Below the pieces are notes generated by a model. That model saw nothing but the letters and a program-made list of their open reading frames with translations, was not told where the DNA came from and did no database searches. A stretch of DNA of 64,000 bases from an uncultured Acidobacteriota bacterium (GTDB lineage: Bacteria > Acidobacteriota > UBA6911): the NCBI GenBank assembly GCA_963843575.1, contig CAWJKZ010000009.1, positions 189,016-253,015 of the forward strand. Reading direction: 5' to 3'. A program made the position numbers and the translations under genes. Positions 1-11,475 of this stretch are shown piece after piece (position 1 is the first letter of the stretch; each line of letters starts with the position of its first letter).

Positions 1-88
1 GCCGCCGCCGCGGAAATGGCTGCCAGGATTACGGCCGGGGCAAATCGCTTCGGCATGAATTCCTCCTCCGGCAAAATGCAACAATACA

Positions 89-200
89 ACAAGTGGGTCC
101 GGGCTTCAGCCCGGACGCCTTTTGATCTGATCTATGTGGCAACGGGCGCGCGCTATAGCGACCGCAAACAGCGTCCGGGCTGAAGCCCGGACCCACTTGT
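89..200. repeat. REP-like inverted pair, family A (CAAGTGGGTCCGGGCTTCAGCCCGGACGC ... GCGTCCGGGCTGAAGCCCGGACCCACTTG)
   Basis: Two palindromic ~30-nt units in inverted orientation; a near-identical element occurs at 27355-27451. Confidence 0.85.
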
Positions 201-540
201 GATTCCTGATGATATGCCCCGACATTAGGGCATCTCACCTTACAGATTTAAGTATCTAATAGATTTTGCCTCCCTGCGTCTAAGCCTCCAGACGGCAAAT
301 CCGCGATCGACAGCGGCAGGGTCAAAGAGCGGTGCGTCGAATGCCACGGCCCTGGGAAGCGCAAGGACGTCCGGAGGGTGCATGAGGTAGGAGGCTCAGA
401 TCACTGAACCGTTGGACAGCCTCCGGCTTTTTCCCCGTCTCTCCTTTCGCCTCCGCTCCAGCCCACTTTCCGCTTTATGTCCTGCTTTACCTAATGTACA
501 AAGTTGCTTCCAACTACGCCGTATTCAAAAGGGGTGTCTC

Positions 541-669
541 GTGTACATCGATTGGATGACGTGGAGTGTCTGGAGCTTCGGACTGGCCCTCCTTCTGTAC
601 TGGTGTTTCGAGACCATCCGGGAATTCAAGGCGCTTTTCTCCAAGCGCAGGAAAAGGGAGACACTGTAA
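541..669 (+). CDS. small single-pass membrane protein (42 aa, MYIDWMTWSVWSFGLALLLYWCFETIREFKALFSKRRKRETL)
   Basis: GTG start after AAGGGG; hydrophobic helix followed by a basic tail; TAA overlaps the kinase ATG (TAATG coupling). Confidence 0.6.
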   Translation: MYIDWMTWSVWSFGLALLLYWCFETIREFKALFSKRRKRETL

Positions 670-1640
670 TGGATATTGTGGTCGTCGGCGAACTCAATGT
701 CGATCTGGTGTTGACCGGACTCTCCTCGCTTCCGGCCTACAAGGAATTGCGGCTCGCCAGGGACATGAGGTTCACGCTTGGCAGTTCCTCCGCGATATTC
801 GCGTGCAACGCGGCCCGCCTGGGTGCCAGCGTCGGCTTTGTCGGCAAAGTGGGCGATGATGAATTCGGCGACTTCATGCTGCGCAGCCTGCGCCAGAGCG
901 GCGTCGAAACGTGCAGCATCATCCGGCATCCGGGGGGGCGAACCGGCATCTGCGTCTTGATGTCTTTCCCCGACGACTACTCGATGGTGAGCTTCCCGGG
1001 TATCCGCGAGACCTTCCGGCTCGACGAGGTCGACTTCGACTACGTGAAGACCGCCCGGCACCTGCACATGTCGAGCTTCTACCTCCAGCCGGCCCTGCGG
1101 CCGGGCGTCCCGGAACTGTTCCGCCGGGCGAAGGAAGCCGGGATGAGCACGTCGCTCGATCCGGATCAGGACCCGGCAGGCCGTTGGAACGGAGGCCTGC
1201 GCGATGTGCTGCCCTACGTGGATCTCTTCCTCCCAAACGAGCAGGAGGCCATGGGAATATCCGGCGCCCCGGACCTCGACGCCGCCGTCAACGCACTGCG
1301 CGCGCCGGGCCGGACGATCGTCGTGAAGCGTGGCGCCGCCGGAGTCCTGCTGGCCACGGGCGACAAGACCGTCAGGGCGCCGGGCTTCCCGGTCCGCGCA
1401 TTGGACACGACGGGTGCGGGGGACAGCTTCAACGCCGGCTTCGTTTTTCGATTCCTGCAGCGAGCCGGGATGGACCAGTGCGTCACCTGGGGCAACGCGT
1501 GCGGCGCCCTCTCTACGCGGGCGCTGGGGGGAACTGCGGGCTTCCCATATCCCGCGGACGTCGAACGCTTCGTGACCGAGCGCGCTGCCGAGGCGGACGC
1601 GATCAGGGAGGCGTTCCTGTCGATGAGAGAGCCGGCATGA
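669..1640 (+). CDS. PfkB/ribokinase-family carbohydrate kinase
   Basis: N-terminal VVVGELNVD, GKVGDDEFG and DTTGAGDSF PfkB signatures; AAGGGAG RBS. Confidence 0.92.
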   Translation: MDIVVVGELNVDLVLTGLSSLPAYKELRLARDMRFTLGSSSAIFACNAARLGASVGFVGKVGDDEFGDFMLRSLRQSGVETCSIIRHPGGRTGICVLMSFPDDYSMVSFPGIRETFRLDEVDFDYVKTARHLHMSSFYLQPALRPGVPELFRRAKEAGMSTSLDPDQDPAGRWNGGLRDVLPYVDLFLPNEQEAMGISGAPDLDAAVNALRAPGRTIVVKRGAAGVLLATGDKTVRAPGFPVRALDTTGAGDSFNAGFVFRFLQRAGMDQCVTWGNACGALSTRALGGTAGFPYPADVERFVTERAAEADAIREAFLSMREPA

Positions 1641-3247
1641 TAGCGATCGATTACGTCACAGTCGTGGTGTTTCTCGCGGGTATGCTCTGGCTGGGTTCGC
1701 GTTTCTACCGCTGGATAGGCAGTCCGGACGACTTCTATGTCGCCGGCCGGCAGCTCACCCCCTTCATGCTGGCGGCCAGCATGACCACGGCGAACATAAG
1801 CCTGTTCAGCCTCATCGGGGTGAGCGGCACGGCATATCAGAGCGGCATTTCGATAATCTGGCTGACCTGGACGGGCAATATGGCCCTCGTGCTCAGCGGG
1901 CTGTTCGTGATTCCCGTTCTGCGCAGGCTGCGGATTCGAACGATCCCGGAATTCCTGGAAATGCGCTACAACGGCGGCGTGCGTATCCTCGTGGGTGTTC
2001 TCTGGGTGTTCCGTCTTGCGTTCTGGATCGGAGTCGTGCTTTACGCGGGCGTCACCGCGGCGCAGCGGCTCACCGGGATTCAGTCCTTTACCCTCTGGGT
2101 TGTCGTATTCTCACTCATCGTCGTGATTTACACGACCGCGGGCGGCATGTGGTCCATTGTGTTGACCAACAATGTCGGTTTCATGCTGATGATGAGCAGC
2201 GTCCTTCTGATACTGCCGATGGCGATGATGGCGGTGGGATGGTGGCCCGGCCTGACGGCGAACCTGCCGGCGGGCCATCTCGATTTTCTCACGCAAGCCG
2301 GGAAATACAATTGGAAAACCGTCATCGCATTCCTCCTTCTGGGGATCCAGTGGGCGACGCTGGACCAGGGACTGCTGCAGTCGGCGTTTTCCGCGCGCGA
2401 CGCCCGTGTCGTTTCCAAGGGCATGGTTCTGTCGGGATTCATGATCACGCCATTTGCGTTTCTGTGGATCACTCCCGGGCTCGCGGCCCGCATTCTTTAC
2501 CCGGGGCTGCCGACGGCCGAAATGGCGGTCCCCACCCTGATCGTGCACCTCCTGCCGGCGGGAATCCTGGGATTTGTGACCTGCGGCTTTCTGGCGTCGG
2601 GACTGTCGACTATTGGCTCCAACCTTGCCGCGGCAGCCACTCTTACCGCAAACGACATCTACGGCCGCTATCTGAACAAGAAGGCGTCGCCGCGCCAGCT
2701 GCTGATCGCTGTCCGGCTGGCAACCGTGCTGGCCGGGATTCTGATGATAGCCATAACGTACCTCGTCCCTTACATGGGCGGGGCCGTGGATGCGTACCTG
2801 ACGATCATAAGCATCATGGACATGCCGCTTTTCGTCATAGCGATCCCGTTCGGCCTGCTGTGGAAGAGAGCGAACTGGCAGGGTGCGATGGCGGGATACC
2901 TTGCGGGCTCCATCGCCGGCGCCGTTCTGAGGTTCGGATTCCATTTGGATGTCGCACCGGTGACGATCCTCAGCGGCGCCGTGGCGGCGGTCGTCTGCCC
3001 CATAGTCAGTCTCCTGACCCCGAGGAGCGGCCAGATCCCTCAGCCCGATCCCAGCGACATCGAAAGCGCCCGGCCGACGGCCGCTTTCGGACGAACAGCC
3101 AGCCTGTGGATCCTCTGGATTGGACTTGCCGCGGTGCTGGCCGGGATCGTGATGGCCGGCCAGGCTGTGCCACACGCTTCGGCCGTTGCACTGGTGGGTT
3201 TGGCCGTCTTCTTCATCGGCGGCGCATGGAGGGCCAAAACGATTTAA
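1637..3247 (+). CDS. sodium:solute symporter (SSS) family protein
   Basis: DFYVAGR and RTIPEFLEMRY motifs, many TM helices; ATGA overlap with the kinase stop. Confidence 0.9.
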   Translation: MIAIDYVTVVVFLAGMLWLGSRFYRWIGSPDDFYVAGRQLTPFMLAASMTTANISLFSLIGVSGTAYQSGISIIWLTWTGNMALVLSGLFVIPVLRRLRIRTIPEFLEMRYNGGVRILVGVLWVFRLAFWIGVVLYAGVTAAQRLTGIQSFTLWVVVFSLIVVIYTTAGGMWSIVLTNNVGFMLMMSSVLLILPMAMMAVGWWPGLTANLPAGHLDFLTQAGKYNWKTVIAFLLLGIQWATLDQGLLQSAFSARDARVVSKGMVLSGFMITPFAFLWITPGLAARILYPGLPTAEMAVPTLIVHLLPAGILGFVTCGFLASGLSTIGSNLAAAATLTANDIYGRYLNKKASPRQLLIAVRLATVLAGILMIAITYLVPYMGGAVDAYLTIISIMDMPLFVIAIPFGLLWKRANWQGAMAGYLAGSIAGAVLRFGFHLDVAPVTILSGAVAAVVCPIVSLLTPRSGQIPQPDPSDIESARPTAAFGRTASLWILWIGLAAVLAGIVMAGQAVPHASAVALVGLAVFFIGGAWRAKTI

Positions 3248-3433
3248 CGTCAGGCGTCGGTCTTTGGGCTAATGATGCAACACCCTTTCCGCCGCCAGCC
3301 GGTTCTGTGGCGCTGGCCGACGCTAAGACGACTCGTGGTACGGGCTTATTGCGGCGTAGCTAACCCGATAGCCCGCTCTCCTCCTGGCACGCGCCCTTTG
3401 ATATGAAGCGTGCCATCATCAGGTTTCCCCGCA

Positions 3434-4573
3434 CTATGCCGGCAATATCTTTTTCCAGATCCGTATGTAGTTGCCGCCGAGTATCTGTCCGATGGCTTGG
3501 TCGTTGAACCCACGCTCGGCCAGCATCTTGATGAAGTTCTCCCAATGCTGCCGCATGGTTTCCGCTTCGACACCGGTAGGTGTGCCGAGGCCCTGCGTGA
3601 ATCCCGGTACATGGCCTACGGCCGGGTGCCCGGCGTCGTGGCCGAGCCAGCCGATCCCGATATGCTCGGTTCCTACGGTTTTGGCCAGGTGCTCCACTTC
3701 GTCGACCAGCAGTTTGTAGGGGGTCTCGCGCTCAATGTACCGGATCCCGACGATCCCGTCGGTGGATGCGATCGCCTTGACTTCGTCCTCCATGAGTTCC
3801 AGGTCTGTTTTCAGGAACGGGTGTATGTTCTGGTGCGTCGAGACGATCGGGTGTTTCGAGATCTCGCAGGCATGCAGGACCCCGTTGGCGGAAAGATGAG
3901 AGACGCCGATCATCATCCCGAGGCGGTTCATCTCCTGAACCACCTCCACTCCGAACCTGGAGAGTCTGCCGGACCTCTTGCCTTCCCGCCACCCATCGCC
4001 GAGCTGATTCCGGGCATGATGGGTCAGCTGCATGCCACGTACTCCCAGCCGGAAGAACTGTCTCAGGAGCGCCATCCTGCGCTCCGGACGGAATTCGGGC
4101 TCGGGGGGGATCTCGATCGAAGCGCCTCCCTCCATATCTAGGAAGAACTGCACCTTGCCGACATTGGGCTTCGTCGGTACGTCCGCCTTGGTTCTGATGA
4201 TCGAGGCTTTCCCGTTCGTCTTCTCGATCTCCATCAGGACCATGTCGAGAGTTCTCAAAGAACCCTCCAATATGGGTTCGTTCCCGTCGCGCTCCTGGAC
4301 CGAATCGCCGGCGGGCGGCATGATGACGACGCTCACACCGGCTTCGAGGAGCCTGGGGACCAGATGGTCCCGCATGGGCGAGAGCTGGGACTTGTCGCGG
4401 ATCTTGAGCCTGTCGCTCAGTTCCCAGATGTCGCGGTGGCCTTCGACGATAATGTAGTCCTCGGGCCGTCCGGCTGGGGCGGCGGCGTTGGACCAGGCGC
4501 CGGGGACCGCGCCGGCTCCCAGGGCGACCGCAGATCGTTTTACGAATCCTCTACGCGTGATCTGTTCCGGCAT
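3434..4573 (-). CDS. Tat-exported membrane dipeptidase (peptidase M19 / amidohydrolase fold)
   Basis: TRRGFVK twin-arginine signal; MEGG, QLTH, GLSRFGVEVVQEMNRLGMMIGVSH and ILGGNYIR motifs. Confidence 0.85.
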   Translation of the reverse strand: MPEQITRRGFVKRSAVALGAGAVPGAWSNAAAPAGRPEDYIIVEGHRDIWELSDRLKIRDKSQLSPMRDHLVPRLLEAGVSVVIMPPAGDSVQERDGNEPILEGSLRTLDMVLMEIEKTNGKASIIRTKADVPTKPNVGKVQFFLDMEGGASIEIPPEPEFRPERRMALLRQFFRLGVRGMQLTHHARNQLGDGWREGKRSGRLSRFGVEVVQEMNRLGMMIGVSHLSANGVLHACEISKHPIVSTHQNIHPFLKTDLELMEDEVKAIASTDGIVGIRYIERETPYKLLVDEVEHLAKTVGTEHIGIGWLGHDAGHPAVGHVPGFTQGLGTPTGVEAETMRQHWENFIKMLAERGFNDQAIGQILGGNYIRIWKKILPA

Positions 4574-4651
4574 AAAACGCTCCTTTGCGCATGTTCTCCG
4601 TTTCGTGCAGCGCCCGCTCCTCATATAATTACACACAACGCCCGGGAAGAG

Positions 4652-4674
4652 GGCCGCGGCGGCCCGCCGCGGCC
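4652..4674. terminator. GC-rich hairpin GGCCGCGGCG-N3-CGCCGCGGCC, putative terminator or small repeat
   Basis: Perfect 10-bp stem just downstream of the minus-strand ABC permease; the same stem occurs at 20528-20553. Confidence 0.45.
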
Positions 4675-4684
4675 TTCCGTCGCA

Positions 4685-5698
4685 TCAGGCCCGAACCGTC
4701 CGGTCCCGCCGGTCCGTGCCGAGCAGGTTGAGGCAGAGCAGGGTGAGGAAGACGCAGGCGAGCGGGGCGAGGTTCCACCAGAAGTCGGTGAGGACGCGCG
4801 GGTCGCGGACGTTGCGCAGCATCGAGCCCCAGGACTCGCCCTGGTCGGAGAAGCCGACGTCCAGGAACGACAGGACCACCTCGCCGAGCAGGAAGACGGG
4901 GGCGGCGACGGCGGCCTGGGCGGCGGCGAGCGACGACAGCGGCGGGAGCATGTGGTTGCGCAGCAGCTGCCGGCGGGTGCAGCCCAGGGCGCGGGCGGCC
5001 TCGACGTAGCCGGTGCTGCGCAGCTGCAGCACGAGGCCGCGCACGGCGCGGGCGAGCGGGGGCCATGACACGGCGGCGATGGTGCCGGCGGTGAGCAGGA
5101 GGGTCTCGCCGAAGCCCAGGCGGCGCGGCAGCAGCGCGCGCAGCGCGAGGATGAGGTAGAGCGAGGGGATGGCCAGGACGAACTCGGAGAAGCGCATGAG
5201 GGCGGCGTCGGCCCAGCCGCCGGCCATGCCGGCGACGCAGCCGAGCAGGAGCCCCAGGGCGCCGTAGAGGGCGATCCCGAGTCCGACGACGAGCAGCGAC
5301 GTCTGTGCCCCGGCCAGGAGCCGCGCCAGCACGTCGCGCCCGAGCTCGTCGGTGCCGAGCGGGTGCAGCGGCTCGCCGTCGGCGCCGGCGAGGTGGACGT
5401 CGGCCGGGAAGAGCCCGAGGAGGCGGTAGCGGTAGCCGGAGACGAAGAACCGGACGGGGTGCGCGGTGCCGGGGAGCTCGCGGTAGACGACGTCGACCGG
5501 GTCGGCGAGCTCGCGGCCGCGGATGTAGGGGCGCCAGTGGAACGCTCCCCGCTCGTCGACGAACCGCAGGCGGGCCGGGGGGGCGAAGAAGCGCTCCAGG
5601 TCCTGCTCCGCCGGGTGGTGCGGCGCCAGGAAGTCGGCGAGCGCGGCGGCGGCGACGAGCGCGAGGGCCAGGAGGCGGGCGGCCGAGCCTGCGTTCAC
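4685..5698 (-). CDS. peptide/nickel ABC transporter permease (DppC-like)
   Basis: LGTDELGRDVLARLL and YVEAARALG (EAA loop); GTG start overlapping the upstream permease stop. Confidence 0.88.
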   Translation of the reverse strand: MNAGSAARLLALALVAAAALADFLAPHHPAEQDLERFFAPPARLRFVDERGAFHWRPYIRGRELADPVDVVYRELPGTAHPVRFFVSGYRYRLLGLFPADVHLAGADGEPLHPLGTDELGRDVLARLLAGAQTSLLVVGLGIALYGALGLLLGCVAGMAGGWADAALMRFSEFVLAIPSLYLILALRALLPRRLGFGETLLLTAGTIAAVSWPPLARAVRGLVLQLRSTGYVEAARALGCTRRQLLRNHMLPPLSSLAAAQAAVAAPVFLLGEVVLSFLDVGFSDQGESWGSMLRNVRDPRVLTDFWWNLAPLACVFLTLLCLNLLGTDRRDRTVRA

Positions 5699-6696
5699 GG
5701 CGTCCCTCCGCGAGCCTCCGCGCGGGTGCGCGGGTCGAGCCAGTAGAGGAGGAGGTCGGCGGCGAGGTTGCCGGCGATGAGCAGGGCGCCGCTGGCGACG
5801 ACGCAGCCGACCAGCAGCAGCACGTCGCGGCTGAACAGGGCGTTGTAGGTGACCTGGCCGAGCCCGGGCCAGGAGAAGATCACCTCCAGGACGAGGCTGC
5901 CGCTGAGCACGCCGCCGAAGATGGGGCCGGAGGTGGAGAGGACCGGGTTGAGCGCCGGCCGCAGGACGTAGCGGAGCAGGAGGCGCCCCGGCGGGATGCC
6001 GCGGGCCCGGGCCGCGCGCACGTACGGCTCGTCGAGCGCCTCGCCCGCCGCCGCCCGCTGGATGCGCTCGACCGAGGCGGCGATGGGGACGGCCAGGCAG
6101 GCGAGGGGCAGGGCGAGGTGGTGCAGCCGCCCGAGCAGCCAGGCCGCGGCCCCGGGATCGAGCTCGCGGCTCGGGTCCATGGAGCCGAGGGGGAACCAGT
6201 GGGTGCGGGCGGCCAGCAGCAGGGCCCCCAGGCCCAGCACGATGGAGGGGAGCGAGAGGGCGACGGTGGAGCCGAGGTCCATCAGCCGGCCCGCCGGCCG
6301 GCCGCGCCACAGGGCGTGGGCCGTGCCGGCCAGCACGCCGAAGCCGATCCCGAGCAGCAGGGCGGGGAGGCCGATCCAGAGGGTGTTGGCCGCGGCGCCG
6401 GCCACGACCCCGGCCACCGGGCTGCCGTAGTAGAGCGACTGGCCGAGGTCGAGCCGGGCGAGCCCGGCGAGCCAGCGGCCGTAGCGCACCGGGAGCGGCT
6501 GGTCGAGGCCGTAGCGCTGCCGGAGCTGTTCGAGGGTGGCGCGCGAGACCGACGGGTCGAGCTGCTGCGCGGAGAAGAAGTCTCCCGGGATCATGGAGGA
6601 GAGGGCGAAGGTGCCGAGCGTGACCAGCGCCAGGACCGCGAGGTACTGGGCCAGCTTCCCGAGGATCCGGGTCCTGCGCGGCGCGTCCCCGGTCAC
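5695..6696 (-). CDS. peptide/nickel ABC transporter permease (DppB-like)
   Basis: YGLDQPLPVRY, YVRAARARGI and EVIFSWPGLG motifs. Confidence 0.88.
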   Translation of the reverse strand: MTGDAPRRTRILGKLAQYLAVLALVTLGTFALSSMIPGDFFSAQQLDPSVSRATLEQLRQRYGLDQPLPVRYGRWLAGLARLDLGQSLYYGSPVAGVVAGAAANTLWIGLPALLLGIGFGVLAGTAHALWRGRPAGRLMDLGSTVALSLPSIVLGLGALLLAARTHWFPLGSMDPSRELDPGAAAWLLGRLHHLALPLACLAVPIAASVERIQRAAAGEALDEPYVRAARARGIPPGRLLLRYVLRPALNPVLSTSGPIFGGVLSGSLVLEVIFSWPGLGQVTYNALFSRDVLLLVGCVVASGALLIAGNLAADLLLYWLDPRTRAEARGGTP

Positions 6697-8457
6697 GGGG
6701 CGCCTGCCGTCAGTTCTTCGGCGTTCCACAGCAGGTGCGGGACGAGCACGGACGGGCGCACGTTGCCGAGCCGGGTCTTCCAGCCCGTCAGGATGTTGGG
6801 GACGACGGTGGGGATGGCGGGCATCTCTCTCGCCCAGAGCTGCTGGAGGCGGCCGAAGGTGCGGATGCGCTCGGCGGGGTCGAGGGTGCGGACGAGCTCG
6901 GAGGCGAGCGCGTCCATCTCGGCCTCCCAGGGGCGGGAGGGTCTGGGCTGGCGCGGGTGCCAGAAGTGGAAGCTGCCGCTGCTCTGCCACATGTCGGACT
7001 GCAGGTCGGGGGCGACGTCGGTGGTGGTGAACCCGAACAGGATGGCCTCGTAGTCGAAGGCGTTCATGAAGCGCTGGGCGACCTCGTTGGGGAGCAGCAG
7101 CTGGACGTCGAGCCGGATCCCGACCTTGCGCAGGTCGTCCTGGAGGATGCGGGCGGTTTTTTCGCGCACGGCGTTGCCGCGGGAGGTGAGGAGGGTGACG
7201 GCGAGGGGGCGGGGCGGGGCGCCGTAGTCGAGGACGCCGTCGCCGTCGGGGTCGCGAAGCCCGGCGCGGGCGAGGAGTTCGCGGCGCGCGGGCGGGGTCG
7301 TACGCGGTGGCGGGGAGCTCGCGGTCGTACCAGATCTTGTTGCCGGGGCTGACGGGCCCGTACTGCGGGGTGGCGAGGCCGAGCAGGGCGGAGCGGCTGA
7401 TGCCGGGGCGGTTGAGGGCGTGGGAGACGCCGCGGCGGAACTCGGCTTTTTCGAACAGGGCGCGTTTGGCGGGGTCGATCCAGGGCTTGCCGGCGGGGGA
7501 GTTGCCGGGGTTGAGGTTGAACCAGAGGAAGTCGAAGGAGATGCCGGGGCCGAGGTCGCGCACGGTGTAGCCGGAACCGGGCTGGGCGCGGCGGAGGGCG
7601 GCGTAGTTTTCGGCGTTGAGCAGGTTGACGAGGTCGAGTTCGCCGGCCTGGAACCGCAGGGCTTCGGCGTTGCTGTCGGGGACGACGAGGAAGGTGATGG
7701 AGTCGAGGTAGGGGAGGGTGCGTCCGGCGCCGTCGCGTTTCCAGTAGTGGGGGTTTCGTTCGAGGACGACCTTGACGCCGCGCTGGTAGGAGCGCAGGCG
7801 GAAGGGGCCGAGGCCGGCGACTTCGACGGGGTTGGCGGCGGGTCCCCAGGCGGAGGGGAGGGTGTGCTGGCGGTAGGGGGCGGCGAGGCGGCTGCGGGGG
7901 ACGATGGGGACGGAGTCGAGGGAGCGGAGTCCCATGCCGACGGGGCGCCGGTAGGAGAAGCGGACGGTGTAGTCGTCGACCTTGGCGACGGCAGGGAACT
8001 CGCCGTCGACCTTGACCTGGTCGGCGAGGGAGACGGCGGTTTCGGGGTCGGCGATGACCTGGAAGGTGAACAGGACGTCGTCGGCGGTGAAGGGGGAGCC
8101 GTCGGAGAAGCGCAGGCCGCGGCGCAGGCGCAGGAGGTAGCTGCGTTTGTCGGGCAGGAGTTCCCAGGAGCGGGCGAGGGCCGGCTCGAGTTCGAGGGTG
8201 ATGCGGTTGATGTGGACGAGGTCGGCCGAGAGCCGGTCGGTGATCATGGCGTTGGCGACCCCGGTGGCGAAGAGCCTGTTGAAGGAGGCGGGGTCGTTTG
8301 CGACGGCGACGACGAGGTTGCCGCCGGGCGCGCCGGAGAGGTTTTTCAGGACGAGGTAGTCGGCCGTGCCGGCAGGCTGAGCCGGCGCCGCGCGCACCGC
8401 CAGGAAGCCGAGCGCCAGCAAGGGCAAGGCGGCCGCGAATCGCAGCAATCTAGGCAT
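6693..8457 (-). CDS. ABC transporter substrate-binding protein, family 5 (frameshift near 7270)
   Basis: Signal peptide; LRRGLRFSDGSPFTADDVLFTF family-5 motif; C-terminus continues in ORF 6693..7169. Confidence 0.85.
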
Positions 8458-8768
8458 GCGCGCAGTTTCAGGGAAATCGCTTTTGGAGTCAAGAAATTGC
8501 CCGTTCCGGGGGAAGTATGCTGGCTGCAACACCTGCGAGCGTCGGCGAAGCGGATCTTGGCTGTCGATTCGTTTGACAACTCGGAATTCGATGTACTACC
8601 TTGTGGACCTGCCTGCAGTTCCGGTCCAAACATCGCAGGACTGGAGCCCCGGCCGATCGTGCGGTTGGGCGGGGTCGCATCTGATCCAAAGCACGAATAT
8701 GGAACTTTCCGTGCGATGCAGATCCCAAGTGGAACTGAGGGTTTCCTCGGGTACTTCTCCCGACTCCA

Positions 8769-10300
8769 GGAGTCCGTCCGAGAATTAGCTGATTTCTATT
8801 GATCCCTGCCACGGGGATCCTTACTTTATCGGCCATGGCAAAAACCTACCGTCCCTACTGTCCGGAGCAACTGTTTCTGCTGCCTCCAAGCCTGCAGGAC
8901 TGGCTTCCCGAGAACCACCTGGCCTACTTTGTCAGCGATGTCGTCGATCAACTGGATCTTTCGGAGATCGAGTCGTATTACGAGAAGGATGATCGCGGCC
9001 AGCCGCCCTACCATCCGCGGATGATGACGAAGGTTCTGGTTTATGCTTACTGCGTGGGAGTCTTCTCGTCCCGCAAGATTCAGAAGCGGCTGATGGAGGA
9101 TGTGGCCTTTCGGGTTCTGGCGGCGGGCAACCAGCCCGATTTCCGCACGATTTCCGATTTCCGCAAGATTCACCACAAGGCGCTGGAAGGGCTGTTTCAG
9201 CAGGTGCTGCGACTGGCGCTGGAAGCTGGAGCCATAAAGCTGGGCCGTGTGGCGCTCGATGGCACGAAGGTAAAAGCGAACGCCTCCAAGCACAAAGCGA
9301 TGAGCTACGGGCGCATGAAGGAGGACGAACGCTCCCTGAGGGAGGAAGTCCGGAAGTTGCTGGCGCAGGCCAAGGCGGCGGATGAGGAAGAAGACGCCCG
9401 TTACGGAAAGGACAAGAGCGGCGACGAGCTTCCCGAGGAACTGAGCCGACGGGAGACGAGGCTGAAACGGATTCGTGAAGCCAAGCGAGCTCTGGAGCAG
9501 CGAGCCCGGGAAGAGGCTGAAGAGGACGGCAAGGACAAGGAAGAAGCCAAGCGAAGCCAAACCCAAGGAGAAGGCCCAATACAATTTCAGCGATCCGGAA
9601 TCGCGCATCATGAAAGGGGCGGATGGCTTCGTGCAGGCCTATAACGCGCAGGCCGCCGTGGAAAGCACGTCGCAACTGATTGTGGCGCAGGCGGTCACGC
9701 AAGAGGCCAACGACAAGCAGCAGGTTGTCCCGATGGTGGAAACCATCGAGCAGCAAGCCGGACAAAAGCCGGAGCAGTTGTTGGCCGACAGCGGATATTG
9801 CTCGGACCAGAATCTGGAGCATCTGGAACAAGAAGCCATCGATGCCTACGTGGCGACCGGGAGGCAGAAACATGGCGAGGCGAAAGCTTGTGCGCGAGGG
9901 CCGCTGCCGAAAGGGGCGAAGCGGGTCGACCGGATGAGACGCAAGCTTCAGACGCAAAGCCGGGGCGGCGATCTATGCGGGACGGAAGTCGATCGTCGAA
10001 CCGGTTTTCGGGCAGATCAAACATGCGCGGGGATTCAGACAATTCTACCTTCGGGGAATTGAGAAGGTGCGGGCGGAGTGGGCACTGGTGTGCCTGACGC
10101 ACAACATTTTGAAGATGTATCGCCTCTGTTTCGTCTGAAAAGTCCACTGGAGCCCTTAAATACACTGATGTTTATGCCCGAAAGTCCACACGCAGAAGTC
10201 GGACAAAACAATTTCGACCAAAAAAGAGTCCTGGTGACGAACCACTTTCGGGCCTTTGCCCTGAGAACCCCCGTTAATTCGCATTTCTCGGACGGACTTC
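8769..10300 (+). mobile_element. IS1182-family insertion sequence
   Basis: Terminal inverted repeats GGAGTCCGTCCGAGAA (8769) / TTCTCGGACGGACTTC (10300) flanking a transposase. Confidence 0.85.
8835..10138 (+). CDS. IS1182-family transposase (two frameshifts, near 9550 and 9960)
   Basis: LFLLPPSLQDWLPENHLA, PYHPRMM, PDFRTISDFR, ALDGTKVKANAS, YNAQAAV and LADSGY motifs. Confidence 0.88.
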
Positions 10301-10411
10301 TAGCGTATTTCCGTTCCGAGTTAAATCCTTGCTCAAAAACAGTTCTCGACCGTTGGTCTGGGTGACCTTGTATTGAGAACTCGGAGCTTCTCCCCCGGAA
10401 TCACTTGAAAT

Positions 10412-11398
10412 GGGGGTATCCCCTTGACTCAAGTGACCACAATATGTGGCGTACGGGCTCGTGGGAGATTATCCTCGAACGCTAGCCGAGTTCGAAGCCC
10501 GTTTCGCGACCGGGGGCGCGTGTCGAGCGTATCTGGTTCAATTGCGTTTGGCCGGACGGGTTCTGGTGCCCTACCTGCGGGCAGGGAAAGGCCTGGCGCG
10601 CGGCCGACGCTCTTCCACTGCGCGAACTGCGGACGGCAGAGCTAAGTCACTGCCGGGACGATCTTTCAAGACACGCGGACGCCGCTGCCCACGTGGTTTC
10701 GCGCCATGTGGTGGGTCACGAGCCAGAAGACGGACGCGAGTGCAACAGGCCTCCAGCAGGTGTTGGGCTTGGGGAGCTACGAAACGGCGTGGATTTGGCT
10801 GCACAAGTTGAGTCGAGCGATCGTGCGCCCGGGGCGCGATCGGCTGACGGGCATAGTCGAAGTCGACAAGACGTACCTGAGTGGGCCTGAGGAGGGCGTC
10901 CGCGGCCGGCAAACCGAAAAGAAGGCGTTGGTTGCAGTCGCGGTTGAGGAGGTAGGCGAGGGGATGGGACGTATCCGGATGCGCCGGATCCCCGACGCCT
11001 CGGCTGACAGTATCCAAGCCTTCGTCGAGGAGGCCGCATGCCGGGCAGTCTCCTCCACACCGACGGATTCTTCAGTTACGACCGGCTGGAGAAATGTGGC
11101 TACCGGCATCGGATCACGTTTCTCAAAGGGCGCAAGGAATCGGCGGCGGAGCTGCTGCCGCGGGGCCACCGCGTGGTGTCCCTGCTCAAACGGTGGCTCC
11201 TCGGCACGCACCAAGGTGCCGTCAGCCATGCCCACCTGGATTACTATCTCGATGAGTTCACTTTCCGGTTCAACAGGCGTACATCCCGGCATCGCGGAAA
11301 ACTGTTCTACCGGTCGCTCGTCAAGCACGTGCGAGCTGCGCGGCCAGGACGGCGGCACCACAACTAATAGTGGCTACTTGAGTCAAGGGGATACTCCC
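10412..11398 (+). mobile_element. IS1595-family (ISXO2-like) insertion sequence with frameshifted transposase
   Basis: 23-bp inverted repeats GGGGGTATCCCCTTGACTCAAGT / ACTTGAGTCAAGGGGATACTCCC; VEVDKTY, HTDG and YLDEFTFRFNRR motifs across frames. Confidence 0.88.
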
Positions 11399-11475
11399 AA
11401 TTCATTCGATTCTGCGGTTTCAGCGTGGAAACCGTAGGTGTTAAAAACATCATGGTAGTTCGTCAGGGGGTATGA

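Noticed and set aside
5695-8532. Substrate-binding protein-permease fusion (945 aa)
   Set aside because: Artefact of a frameshift near 7270; the true SBP C-terminus is in ORF 6693..7169.
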